Shown here: in pieces, positions 7,928 to 17,721 of the stretch
How positions within the stretch are numbered: the first letter of the stretch is position 1
Layout of the letters: each line of letters opens with the position of its first letter
From: a virus
Length of the DNA: 64,000 bases
IMG/VR virus record: IMGVR_UViG_3300034021_001440
Location: 1-64,000 of that record
Strand: one strand, 5' to 3'
Translations under genes and position numbers: made by a program
Notes under the pieces: model-generated
What the model saw: the letters and a program-made list of their open reading frames with translations, nothing else
Databases searched by the model: none
Told to the model about the DNA's origin: nothing

Positions 7928-10708
7928 ATGAAAAACACATCGTCTATGCGAAAAACCTCGCTCGGATACCCAGTCCTGGATGAAGAGATTCATTCCAGGA
8001 TTTTTGGTGTAGAAACGCCCGCGCCCATGTCGCGCCTGGCCAAGCAAAAGGCTGAGAACTTGCTGAAGGAGTTTGGGGTGGCGACTCCGGTTGACTACCC
8101 TGACCACCTCTACGACGGCCCTCTTCCTCTTCCTGAACTCAAAGCTCCCGCCCTGCGTGAGCACTTTGAGACCATCGCAAAGGAACAAGTCGGCCAGTAC
8201 AAGGGGTGGGCCGATGACTTTGCAAAAGCAAAACTCCCAGAGTTGCCCCCGACAACCGAACTTGTCTTTGAAAGCGGCTGGCGCCGTTATGAAAAAGTGC
8301 GAGGAAAGTGGAAAGTCACCAAGGTTCCGTACCCACTTGAAGACGCTTTCACATTTGACACCGAGACCTTTGTGCACGGTGGTGCGTTTCCCATCATCGG
8401 CACCGCACTCTCTGCCAAAGCAGTTTATGTCTGGCTCGCTGCCGAACTTGTCGATCCGTCCCTCCCTGAGGACGAGTGGGACCAGTACGACCTGATCCCT
8501 GTTGGCGAGAACCGTTTCATTGCCGGTCACAACATTTCCTATGATCGCGTGCGTGCCCGCGAAGGGTACTCCCTTGACCGTGTCAAACCAGAAAACTTTT
8601 ACTTTGACACTCTGTCCGCACACATTGGCGTGAGTGGCTTGGCTTCGGGCCAGCGTTGGCTCTATGTTCTCGCTGGCAAAGATCCCGAGGATTTGACGGA
8701 TGAGGAAAAGCGCAAGTTGCGTTATGCACCCAAGTGGCTGGACGAAGGTTCCACCAACTCCCTGGTTGCCACGTACAACTTTCACGTTTATGAGGTGCGC
8801 AAGTACTTCGGTGACGACGTACAACCCCTTGGCGCCGGAGACAAAGCCGTTCGTGACATCTTCGTCAAGGCTACGCACCTGAGTCAGATTCGGCAGATGC
8901 TGACGCAGGCTGTTGACTACGCTGTCAAAGATGCTTTCTACACTGCTGAGCTCTTCCAGGCAATCTGGCCGAAGTATCTCGATGCCACTCCCAGCCTGGT
9001 TGCCCTCTGTGGGCATTACCACCTGAATGGATCCATCGTTCCCCTCGTACCCGACTGGGAAGACTGGATCAAGGGTGTAGAGCGAGTGTTCGATGAGCAC
9101 AATGCCGAAATGACGAAGCTATGCCAGGACCTTGTCTGGCAATACTACGAAGAATGGCGTGATCGCTACTTCGCAGAACCCGGCATGGCCGAGTCTTGGA
9201 TTGCCAAGGATCCCTGGCTGTCTCAACTTGACTGGGAAGTGAAGTCGGAGAAAGGCAAATACGCACATGTTCCGAATTGGGTGCGTCCGTTCGTCAAAGA
9301 CCCCGACACTCACATCGGAGTCAAAAGCAACTTGTCCCACCTCCTTCTCAAACTGCAGTGGGAAAACACGCCGATGATCCTGACAAAGGACATGGGCTGG
9401 TGTTTTCACAACGAAGACGGTGCTCTGACAAAGATCCCTCACCCGAAAGGAAACGGGGATAACGTTGGCGGTGTCCTTTCCAAAGACTTCGTCGATGACA
9501 TGAAGGTGGGCCGTCTAAACAGCGACCTGCCCGAAGCAAAGCGTGCGCTTGAGATTGCAAACGCAGTGTCCTACTGGACTTCGGTCCGGAAACGAGTTAT
9601 GGACCGTATCTTTCTTCCAGCAGCCAATCCCCACGGCGCTGACGCCCTGGTCACCCTTCCCGAAATCCTTTGCCACGGCACCGTCACTCGACGCACCGTG
9701 GAGAGCCTCATGGTGACAATGTGCTCCACCAAAAACTGGAGGATCGGGACAGAACTAAAGTCTCGAGTCCAAGCTCCTGACGGGTGGAAGATTGTCGGCG
9801 CTGACTTTGACGGTCAGGAGATGCAGATTGCCTCAATCTATTCCGACAAATGGGAAGGTGGTCACGTCGGTTGCTCACCGTTTGGATACAATGTGCTGAG
9901 TGGAAGCAAGGAGGCGGGCACGGACCCGCACTCCGCGCTCGCGAAGCTCGCGGGCGTAGATCGCGACACTGCCAAGATTGCCGGCTTTGCTGTGCTTTAT
10001 GGCGCTGGTGTTCGCGCTGTGCAAACCTACATTCGTCGAAAGTATCCAGAGAAGTCTCCAGCAGAAGTCAAAAACTTTGCGTATCGCATTCTTGAAGGAA
10101 AGAAAGGCAAACAGCGCAACGGTCTCTATGAAGGAGGGAGCGACAGCGGTTGCTTCAACTTTATGGAAGAGATTGCGATGCGGTCGCGTGTCCCAACGCT
10201 TCCGTGCCTTGGAACCAAGATCTCAACCGCAATGCGTCCCGCTGCTGTCGGCGACGATTTCAAAACCGGTCGCGTCAATTGGACCATTCAGTCTTCGGGT
10301 GCCGAGATCCTGAGTATCATGCTCACCGCCGTGCACTGGTTGGCTGCTGAGTATCGAATCCCCTGTCGATTCGTGCTCAGTATTCACGACGAGATCTGGT
10401 TCATGACTCCCGAGCGATATGCAGAGCAATTTGCTGTGCTTTTTCAGATCGCTCACATGTACACCTGGTCCCTTTTCCACTCGGCGCTGGAGATCCCTGA
10501 CCTTCCGCTTTCCCGAGCCTATTTCTCCTCTGTCGCTATCGACACTCGCCTTCGCAAATCACCGACTGAAAAGACGGTGACCCTTTCCAATCCTGGGGGA
10601 GAGAAGGAAGAGCCCGGTGTGGAATACTCAATGATGGAACTTTCCGAAATCGGTGCCATCGACAAACTCAAAGTTCGCTTCAACGCAATCCAAAAAGGAA
10701 TGATCTGA
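7928..10708 (+). CDS. family A DNA polymerase, mitochondrial Pol gamma-like, with 3'-5' exonuclease
   Basis: ExoI FDTET, ExoII GHNISYDR, GTVTRRTVE, motif A VQAPDGWKIVGADFDGQE, motif B RDTAKIAGFAVLYG, RVNWTIQSS, motif C SIHDEI, all colinear with POLG. Confidence 0.95.
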   Translation: MKNTSSMRKTSLGYPVLDEEIHSRIFGVETPAPMSRLAKQKAENLLKEFGVATPVDYPDHLYDGPLPLPELKAPALREHFETIAKEQVGQYKGWADDFAKAKLPELPPTTELVFESGWRRYEKVRGKWKVTKVPYPLEDAFTFDTETFVHGGAFPIIGTALSAKAVYVWLAAELVDPSLPEDEWDQYDLIPVGENRFIAGHNISYDRVRAREGYSLDRVKPENFYFDTLSAHIGVSGLASGQRWLYVLAGKDPEDLTDEEKRKLRYAPKWLDEGSTNSLVATYNFHVYEVRKYFGDDVQPLGAGDKAVRDIFVKATHLSQIRQMLTQAVDYAVKDAFYTAELFQAIWPKYLDATPSLVALCGHYHLNGSIVPLVPDWEDWIKGVERVFDEHNAEMTKLCQDLVWQYYEEWRDRYFAEPGMAESWIAKDPWLSQLDWEVKSEKGKYAHVPNWVRPFVKDPDTHIGVKSNLSHLLLKLQWENTPMILTKDMGWCFHNEDGALTKIPHPKGNGDNVGGVLSKDFVDDMKVGRLNSDLPEAKRALEIANAVSYWTSVRKRVMDRIFLPAANPHGADALVTLPEILCHGTVTRRTVESLMVTMCSTKNWRIGTELKSRVQAPDGWKIVGADFDGQEMQIASIYSDKWEGGHVGCSPFGYNVLSGSKEAGTDPHSALAKLAGVDRDTAKIAGFAVLYGAGVRAVQTYIRRKYPEKSPAEVKNFAYRILEGKKGKQRNGLYEGGSDSGCFNFMEEIAMRSRVPTLPCLGTKISTAMRPAAVGDDFKTGRVNWTIQSSGAEILSIMLTAVHWLAAEYRIPCRFVLSIHDEIWFMTPERYAEQFAVLFQIAHMYTWSLFHSALEIPDLPLSRAYFSSVAIDTRLRKSPTEKTVTLSNPGGEKEEPGVEYSMMELSEIGAIDKLKVRFNAIQKGMI

Positions 10709-10896
10709 TGAAAAAACAAAAGAAATCCCGTGTCGAGTCTGTCGGTGTGCTCCTTTTCAAGGGCGTCATCGACACCTACTACCTCACGGTCCCCTACGAC
10801 AAAAAGAATCGTGTGATTCCTTCCTCGGTTGAGTGTGCCTATAACTCTCGCTACTTTGACCTGGACCAGACAGTCAACATGCTCAGATCACTATGA
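10708..10896 (+). CDS. hypothetical protein
   Basis: TGATG overlap with the polymerase gene. Confidence 0.65.
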   Translation: MKKQKKSRVESVGVLLFKGVIDTYYLTVPYDKKNRVIPSSVECAYNSRYFDLDQTVNMLRSL

Positions 10897-11123
10897 CACT
10901 CCCCCTTCCACTGGACCCTGATTTTCGCAAAGCGGCAGTTGGGTTCTGGTTGGATGATGTTGAAGACCGAATCCAGCTCAATCGCGTCGATGATGCAGAA
11001 AAAAGCTGGCAAGAAGCCAACTTGATTTACCTTTCACTTCCCGCAGGCTGCGGCGATATGTCTCTCGAAGACCAAATTGCTGCAATGCGGGTAAAACTTG
11101 ATAACATCTCACAGAAACTATGA
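10893..11123 (+). CDS. hypothetical protein
   Basis: ATGA overlaps at both ends. Confidence 0.65.
   Translation: MTLPLPLDPDFRKAAVGFWLDDVEDRIQLNRVDDAEKSWQEANLIYLSLPAGCGDMSLEDQIAAMRVKLDNISQKL
11089..11096 (+). promoter_or_regulatory. putative late promoter GGGTAAAA
   Basis: 31 nt before ATG 11120. Confidence 0.65.
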
Positions 11124-11446
11124 GAACTATTTCCAATGACGGTGAACCCGCAGCACCTGTGACCAAGAAAACTCCCCAGTCTAAACTTCAAACGTTTTCC
11201 ACCACCATTTCCGATGGTCGTGAGATCGTGATCCGCGAAATGACAGGTCGTGACCTCATCTACATGGAGAAAGACCTGAGCAAGTCAGGCGATGTGGAGA
11301 AGGGCATGAAAATCATCGAGCGTCTGATTGTGGGCGATGACAAAATCACCTACGACGAGATTCTCGACCTGGGCGTTCGTGACTTCAAAAAACTCAGCGA
11401 TTTAGTTGGTGAAGCCAGCGGCGCTGACGAAAACGACCCAAACTAA
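11120..11446 (+). CDS. tail assembly chaperone (Mu gp41 / P2 E-like)
   Basis: IREMTGRDL...EILDLGVRDF pattern; ends D-P-N on a slippery site. Confidence 0.75.
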   Translation: MRTISNDGEPAAPVTKKTPQSKLQTFSTTISDGREIVIREMTGRDLIYMEKDLSKSGDVEKGMKIIERLIVGDDKITYDEILDLGVRDFKKLSDLVGEASGADENDPN

Positions 11447-11865
11447 CAGCCGAGGACTTAGAAGACTTCTCCTACCTGGTTACTGTCGACGATCTTACTT
11501 TCCATCTGAGAGAAATACGACCAAAAGATTTCTATTTTGCGCAAATTGTTCGTCAAAAGGAAGGCAGTGGGATTGAGATACTAAGTAGACTTCTACTTAA
11601 TGATGAAGTCCTCGATGAAGCAACATTCCACCAAACAAAAAACGTTTTCAATTGGGCATCAAAACACCTACTTGAAAACAATGTGTTCTCAGTTGAAAAT
11701 TGGCTTGAAGTTTCCTATCACCTGTGTAAGCAACGGTGGGACTCTTCAATTGACTGGTTGGAACTGCAACCAATTAGCAAAATTCACACTATGCTCGACA
11801 TCATTAAAAAACACGGGGAAGACGTCGAAAGAGAACAGAAAAAAGCCGCAAGGAGACGAAAATGA
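11437..11865 (+). CDS. -1 frameshift extension of the tail chaperone (G/GT-type; fusion about 248 aa)
   Basis: C CCA AAC TAA at 11437-11446; -1 frame open 11428-11865 with no ATG/GTG until GTG 11683. Confidence 0.8.
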   Translation, partial: PKLTAEDLEDFSYLVTVDDLTFHLREIRPKDFYFAQIVRQKEGSGIEILSRLLLNDEVLDEATFHQTKNVFNWASKHLLENNVFSVENWLEVSYHLCKQRWDSSIDWLELQPISKIHTMLDIIKKHGEDVEREQKKAARRRK

Positions 11866-12275
11866 TTCGGTTTCGCGTTGCAGGCGACGGACTGCAGAGA
11901 ATGAATCTGCGGTGGTGGACTCCTACTCAAAGAGAGTGGGTTCCACTTCTAATAGACGACAACTACCGATATCAAAAACGACAACAAGACCCAACCTATG
12001 GGCAAAAATGGGCGTCATTGGCACCCAGCACAGCAAAATGGAAGGCCAAGCACTTTCCCGGCGAACCAATTCTGCGCCGCACGGGGGCTATGCTTGACGG
12101 CTCTTACATTTTTACTCGTGGCCGCGATCAATTTCTCGTTCGCACCACACGCTACGGTGCTTTCAACCAGTTTGGTACGAGCAAAATGTCCGCCCGCCCC
12201 TGGATGGGAGTTCCCGATGACTCTCTCAAACAAATTGTTCCAATTTCCTGGAAAAACATTCTTCGACAATACTAA
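11862..12275 (+). CDS. virion morphogenesis / tail completion protein (Mu gpG / P2 S-like)
   Basis: DP.YGQKWASLAPST, ILRRTGAM, YGAFNQFGT.KMSARPWMG. Confidence 0.8.
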   Translation: MIRFRVAGDGLQRMNLRWWTPTQREWVPLLIDDNYRYQKRQQDPTYGQKWASLAPSTAKWKAKHFPGEPILRRTGAMLDGSYIFTRGRDQFLVRTTRYGAFNQFGTSKMSARPWMGVPDDSLKQIVPISWKNILRQY

Positions 12276-12277
12276 TC

Positions 12278-12697
12278 ATGGTAGCACGTAAACGCACACG
12301 TCCCTCTGCTCCGGCACCCGTTGAGGAAACTCCCGCAGTGACTGAAGAAGTTGCTGTGGAAACCCCCGTGGCTGAGGAAACTCCAGCTGAAGAAGCTCCC
12401 GCCGAAGTGGTGGTGGCTGAAGCTGACAACAAGGGGCCGGTGATCGGCGACCTCAAGCAAGAGGAACCCGCAAGCACCCTCAAAGAAGCCCAGTCCGCCG
12501 AAAGCATTCACGATCAAATCCGAAACAAACTGGCCAACCGCAAAACTGAGGAAGATCTCTTCAATCCCGGCGTCTCCCAGGCGGTCGACAAGTCCAAAAT
12601 GGAACAAGTCGCTAAACAGCAAGGATTTGAACTCACCCGTGGTCGTGAGATTGGCGCCCGTCTTATTGCCCGCGCAAAATCTGGTTATCGCCCATGA
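12278..12697 (+). CDS. hypothetical protein with basic N-terminus and acidic low-complexity region
   Basis: EETPA repeats. Confidence 0.7.
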   Translation: MVARKRTRPSAPAPVEETPAVTEEVAVETPVAEETPAEEAPAEVVVAEADNKGPVIGDLKQEEPASTLKEAQSAESIHDQIRNKLANRKTEEDLFNPGVSQAVDKSKMEQVAKQQGFELTRGREIGARLIARAKSGYRP

Positions 12698-13056
12698 CCG
12701 TTTCAGTACCTTTCCAACAACAATTTACGTGGCGAAAGCTCGGTTATCTTTTCTTTACCGACTCGCTCGACTATCGGCAGGTACTGGAACAAAACCCCCA
12801 GTGGAATGTAACGCAGTTGCCTCCCATTGGGGCTCAAATTCGTATTCGCGAAACATCATCAAGCACCGGGGGCCTTGTCCAAGGAAGTTTCCTGTTTGGA
12901 CAGCCCATCGATGACACTAAGTTTGAAATCTATCCCTTCGACAGCGTTGAAGATTACGTGAAGTCTCTGGTGAAATACAGTCCCAGTGCCGTGCAGCAAC
13001 GCGACAAGGTCAATGGCTACTCCCTGGACAGCGAAATCACAACAGTTGGCGGGTAA
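12694..13056 (+). CDS. tail X / LysM-like baseplate protein
   Basis: TWRKLGYLFF....YRQVLEQNP.....PPIGAQIRI pattern. Confidence 0.6.
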   Translation: MTVSVPFQQQFTWRKLGYLFFTDSLDYRQVLEQNPQWNVTQLPPIGAQIRIRETSSSTGGLVQGSFLFGQPIDDTKFEIYPFDSVEDYVKSLVKYSPSAVQQRDKVNGYSLDSEITTVGG

Positions 13057-13058
13057 AA
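13051..13058 (+). promoter_or_regulatory. putative late promoter GGGTAAAA overlapping a stop codon
   Basis: upstream of the sheath 5' UTR. Confidence 0.7.
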
Positions 13059-13162
13059 CTTATTTACGGAAACCCGTCGTCTGAGCAGCTCTGCGGAGAC
13101 CACGTAGGAGTCATCCTGGCCTACACTGCTCTGCGAAAAAGCAGGACCACATATGTGTAAAC

Positions 13163-16100
13163 ATGGCCACTTTTTCTTTGGGCACTTCGGGGATTACTCC
13201 CGGAGCTCCCGGCGTTTATATCAATGAGCGTGCCGGTCTTGCCGGTGCTCCCCAACTTGCCAGCTTTAGCACCGTCTACATGCTGGTAGAGACCGAGGAG
13301 AACGTTCCCACCACAATCTTCCCTTTCAACACTCCCGTTGCCGTTTCTTCACTGAACGACTACCGAGTGCTGAATGGTGGTCAGATTCCAACCTCACGCA
13401 TTCCTTCGCTGAGCTACAGCTGCGTTGAAGAGTTTTTCAACAACGCACAAGTAGGCGATTTGCGGGTTGTTCGCGTTGGAACCCCGAATCAGATTGTTGA
13501 GATCGAGTTTTTTCCCTCGGGTAGCAAAACTAACACAAGTTCCCTGCCGTCTGCCCTGATGGCTGGTAACGTTGTTTACGTGCAAATGGTCATCAATGGT
13601 CTCCGTCTGACCAGCGGTGTGCAGGACGACTTCAACCTGGAGTATCCTGGTTTTACTGCCAATGACGAGTACCTGGGTGTGCCCGTTCGCATCCCCGTCA
13701 ACTATGTTGCCGGTGACGAAGTCAATAACCGCAAGATTGCCGCCGCTATTTCGAGCGCCGTGGCAGCTGCCATCGAGTCCAACCCTGCCGTTCGCGCTGC
13801 TGTCTATGTGCGCGATTTCGGTCTGGTGAACGACCTCGATCCCCTCTCCAACTCGCAGAATTCCTACATCACCATTGCCAACACGACCTTTGACGGCAAC
13901 GTGTCGGTGGTGACTCAGGTGTTCCCTGTTGGTGCCAATTTCGTGTTCATGCAGAACACCTACGATGTCAACAACATTGTGGGTGGACAGAGTGCAATCG
14001 TTCGCGTTCCCCAGGACTACACTCAGTGCATCACCACTGCGTTTGAAGGTCAGCAAGACCAGGGCTACCTGATCACCCCGACCGCCTATGCTCAGTTCGA
14101 TTCCACTGGCCGTGCCTATGTGGGTCAAATCGCTGCTCTGCACTGCGAAAGCAACAGCTACAAGTGGATGGCCCTGGCTGATCCTGGTCCTTACCTGATC
14201 ACCGACGTCAACAAGTACTCCGAGTTCCAGCCTCACCAGGCTGCTGCTGACCTGATCACAGGCATGAAGTACCTGATTGACAACGCCATCTATCAGTGGA
14301 CCGGTGCTGACCGCACCTACGACCGTCTGGCTTATCAGGCGATCGTCTCCGGTCAAAGCCCTCAAGCCGCTGTGACCGAGTCCGCCAACACCGTTGGCTC
14401 CGATGTTCAAGTGGGTCTGCTGGATTCCGGATCCTACGATCTGGTTACTATCGGTGCCTCCGTTAATGGTGTGTTCCAGATCACCAGCTCCAACTTCTGG
14501 CCGGTGAACCTGCCGATCCAGAAAGTGGTGCTGTCTGGTGCTGATGCCGTGACCAATCCCCTGCATCCTTACAACGGGACAGAGGTTTACGTCATTGCTC
14601 CTCCTTATACTCCTGAGGTGGACGCCACTGGTTCATATCCTTTGAACTTTGTCTACCTGGCAACCACATCTCAGGACGCCACTGCTGTCTACAACTTTGT
14701 TGTTGCTGCTGGCGGCACTCTGGCTGCTTCGACCTCTCCGGTAAGCGGCTCCATTACTGCAGCTGGCACCGGCGACTCCTTCAGCGTTGCTTATGCTGAC
14801 TCGTTCTGGAACTTCCCTGTCACCATCAACGGTCAGACTTCCAACCTGATTCAGAACATCACCAACGCCACCGTTGGTGTGAACACCCTGCACCTGCCTG
14901 GCACTCTGCAGGAACCCACCGAAACCTATCGTCTTGGTTTCGTGAGCCGCACCATTCTCAACCCCAACACCAATCCGGGTGGCGTGAGCCCTGCCGGTAG
15001 CACTGGTGGCGTTGCCACTCTGAGCAGCCTTCAAGGTGGTGCTGGATACGTTGCCGGTACCTACCTTGCCGTACCCCTCGTGGGTCTGCATGGCACAGGC
15101 GCCACTGCTGACATCACCGTGAGCCCTGCTGGCGTTGTGACCTCCGTGGTCCTGGTGGCAGCTGGCTCCGCATACTATGTCGGCGACGTGCTGACTGCTG
15201 CGAATGCCAACCTTGGTGGTTCCGGCAGTGGTTTTGCCATCACCGTGGCTTCGGTCGTGGGTGGCAGCACCAACAAGTACACTGGTGCTCTGCAGTTCAA
15301 CGTGGTGAGTCACGGTTTGGTGAGTGGGCAAAAGCTCTACTTCACTCAGCCCATCATCGTCAACAACACGAACGTAATCAAGGCTACAACGCCAAACGCT
15401 ACCAACCCTTACTGGGTGACCGTTGTTGACAGTGACACCTTCGTGGTTTCCAACTCCCTGTCGAACTACACGACTCAAAGTTTCGTGAAGTACGTCAATG
15501 GCTACTACGAGCCCCTGCCGACTGTCATGTACACCGACATCCTCGTCGGCGGTACAACTGACATCACTCTGCAGGATGTGGGTCAGTTCCCCGTGATTCG
15601 CGGACGCAAATACGCTTTCGACTCCAGCAACGTCTTCAACCAGGCTTCGCGCTCGAGTGCCGCCCCTGCTGTTTCGGCTGCCAACATCGTTCCCGATCAG
15701 TCCATTTACTTCAACACCAGCGCCGTGGTTCTGGGCAGCGGTCTGATCTCGCCCTATGGAGAGACATATGACACCGCTGGCTGGCTGCCGAAGCTGGAAC
15801 TGCCGAACCCGACCACGAACCCCACTCCTACAATCGCCAACGCCTACTGCGTTCCGACTGTGGATCAGGAGTTCCAAGCCGAAGCCTTCATGGTTCCTGC
15901 TCTGGGCACTATTTATGGTGGCGACTATGATCCGACCGGCACTGGCACCGAGGGTCCTCTGACCCTGGCCAACATCTCCGCCGCAATCACCACTCCTGGT
16001 GCTGGATACACTGCCGGTACATACCAGAACGTGGAACTGACTGGTGGCGTGGGCCGTGGCGCTCAAGCGACCATCGTGGTGGCTGGTGGCGCGGTGACAA

Positions 16101-17419
16101 CCGTGACCGTGACTCAAGCCGGTTGGGGCTACGCCGTGGGCGATGTGCTCACCGTTCCCGCCTATCAGGTGGGTGGGTCTGGCACGAACTTCGCCCTGAC
16201 TCTGACAGCGACAGAGCTGAATCTTGTCGCTTCCTCAGGTGAAGTCACCACAGGTGCTCCTGCCGGTAGCTACGCTCAAGCTGCAGGTATTGGTGCAGGC
16301 AACACTGGAAACTCGGTTCAAGCTGCTCTTGAGTCCGGTGCCATTACTGGTCTGACCTTCGAGATCGTTTCCAACGCAGGTTTCGCTCCCGACGGCACTA
16401 CTGCTGTTGTCATCGGAGACACAATCACCGCTGTCTACAACGGCAACACCTACAGCTGGCAAGTGACTCCCGCCGTCGCTGCCGGTGGCGACATCACCAC
16501 CGCTGGCCGCGTTCAGTACAACTCTCAGATTGAAATGACCTTCAGTGCTGAGGAAGTTGTTCCTGCTGTGCTGTGGCGCTTCGATGCCATCACTTCCACC
16601 GAAATCATTGACAATGCCCTCCGTGGCGTTGGCAACGGTGGTGAGCCTGAGGCTGTGTTTGTGGATGCTGGTGTTGACAACGTCAACCGCCTGCTGGATG
16701 ACTCGCAGCGTTATGCCAACCCGTTCGGCTTCATTGCCTACTACGGTCCGTACATCCAAAACGGTGCTGGCAAGTGGATTCCCCCGTCGCCCTATGTGAC
16801 CGGTGTGGCCGTCCGCCGCTACCGCTCCGAGGGCTACCAGTTCCCGCCCGCTGGCGTGAAGTATCAGCTGAACGATGCCATCGCCACTCAGATTCCGATC
16901 AATTCGGCTCAGCAGAATCTGCTCAACCCGAAAGGATGCAACGCAATCCGCACCCTGCCTGGTTATCCGCAGACTGCCGTGTTCATCTGGGGTGGTCGCA
17001 CCCGTCTGCCCAACCCGAACGACGCTCAACAGGCGCTGTACAAGTTCGTCAACACTCGCGTTATTCTCAACGTGGTGTATGGCTCGCTCCGTCGCGCTTT
17101 CGACAGCCAGATCTTCAACGTGATCGATGGTTTCGGTATCGTGTTCAACCAGATCATTCTGGTGGGCAACGCTATCCTGAACCAGCTGTACGTGAAGGGT
17201 GCTCTGTTCGGTGCGACTCCGGACCAAGCCTTCCAGGTGATCTGCGATTCTCGCATCAACCCGCCTGCTGACTTGGAGAACGGCATCGTGAACGCCAAGG
17301 TGTTCGTGACCCCGGTCCCGACACTGGAGCGCATCCAGATCGACCTCATCCGTGTTGCCATCGGCAATATGCAGAATGAGCTGGATCTGCAAGGACTCGG
17401 ACAGGATAATTCGTTCTGA
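13163..17419 (+). CDS. contractile tail sheath protein with large inserted domains (1418 aa)
   Basis: N-terminal PGVYINE, FFNN; C-terminal YYGPYI..WIPPS, LNPKGCNAIR, IWGGRT, FVNTRV, GALFG..AFQVICD..N, P.PTLERI. Confidence 0.92.
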   Translation: MATFSLGTSGITPGAPGVYINERAGLAGAPQLASFSTVYMLVETEENVPTTIFPFNTPVAVSSLNDYRVLNGGQIPTSRIPSLSYSCVEEFFNNAQVGDLRVVRVGTPNQIVEIEFFPSGSKTNTSSLPSALMAGNVVYVQMVINGLRLTSGVQDDFNLEYPGFTANDEYLGVPVRIPVNYVAGDEVNNRKIAAAISSAVAAAIESNPAVRAAVYVRDFGLVNDLDPLSNSQNSYITIANTTFDGNVSVVTQVFPVGANFVFMQNTYDVNNIVGGQSAIVRVPQDYTQCITTAFEGQQDQGYLITPTAYAQFDSTGRAYVGQIAALHCESNSYKWMALADPGPYLITDVNKYSEFQPHQAAADLITGMKYLIDNAIYQWTGADRTYDRLAYQAIVSGQSPQAAVTESANTVGSDVQVGLLDSGSYDLVTIGASVNGVFQITSSNFWPVNLPIQKVVLSGADAVTNPLHPYNGTEVYVIAPPYTPEVDATGSYPLNFVYLATTSQDATAVYNFVVAAGGTLAASTSPVSGSITAAGTGDSFSVAYADSFWNFPVTINGQTSNLIQNITNATVGVNTLHLPGTLQEPTETYRLGFVSRTILNPNTNPGGVSPAGSTGGVATLSSLQGGAGYVAGTYLAVPLVGLHGTGATADITVSPAGVVTSVVLVAAGSAYYVGDVLTAANANLGGSGSGFAITVASVVGGSTNKYTGALQFNVVSHGLVSGQKLYFTQPIIVNNTNVIKATTPNATNPYWVTVVDSDTFVVSNSLSNYTTQSFVKYVNGYYEPLPTVMYTDILVGGTTDITLQDVGQFPVIRGRKYAFDSSNVFNQASRSSAAPAVSAANIVPDQSIYFNTSAVVLGSGLISPYGETYDTAGWLPKLELPNPTTNPTPTIANAYCVPTVDQEFQAEAFMVPALGTIYGGDYDPTGTGTEGPLTLANISAAITTPGAGYTAGTYQNVELTGGVGRGAQATIVVAGGAVTTVTVTQAGWGYAVGDVLTVPAYQVGGSGTNFALTLTATELNLVASSGEVTTGAPAGSYAQAAGIGAGNTGNSVQAALESGAITGLTFEIVSNAGFAPDGTTAVVIGDTITAVYNGNTYSWQVTPAVAAGGDITTAGRVQYNSQIEMTFSAEEVVPAVLWRFDAITSTEIIDNALRGVGNGGEPEAVFVDAGVDNVNRLLDDSQRYANPFGFIAYYGPYIQNGAGKWIPPSPYVTGVAVRRYRSEGYQFPPAGVKYQLNDAIATQIPINSAQQNLLNPKGCNAIRTLPGYPQTAVFIWGGRTRLPNPNDAQQALYKFVNTRVILNVVYGSLRRAFDSQIFNVIDGFGIVFNQIILVGNAILNQLYVKGALFGATPDQAFQVICDSRINPPADLENGIVNAKVFVTPVPTLERIQIDLIRVAIGNMQNELDLQGLGQDNSF

Positions 17420-17721
17420 TGAGTATAGGGAGTCACATTTTGTACCGGGATCTAAATCTACGCATCCCAGACTCCCTTCTTTTTCAGCTTGAGCAACAGG
17501 CCGAGGATCAGGGTGTCTCACTCGAGGCACTCTGTATTTCTCGGCTCTCAGGCGAAAACAACGAAGGAAGTCTTGTTGATCCAAACTTTTATCAATCAAT
17601 GCATCTCGATGTTCTTCGCAAAGAGATTCGCAAAGTCATTGAGAGTGACCTTCCCACCGACGAGGTGAAGAAAAGAGTCAATGCTCTCGAATTTCAAATT
17701 TCCCGCAGGTATATCCGATGA
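17419..17721 (+). CDS. ribbon-helix-helix DNA-binding protein
   Basis: LNLRIPDSLLFQLEQQAEDQGVSLEALCISRL. Confidence 0.7.
   Translation: MSIGSHILYRDLNLRIPDSLLFQLEQQAEDQGVSLEALCISRLSGENNEGSLVDPNFYQSMHLDVLRKEIRKVIESDLPTDEVKKRVNALEFQISRRYIR

Noticed and set aside
11600-12097. 165-aa ORF and stand-alone 60-aa ORF 11683..11865
   Set aside because: The region is better explained by the -1 frameshift extension and the gpG-like gene.
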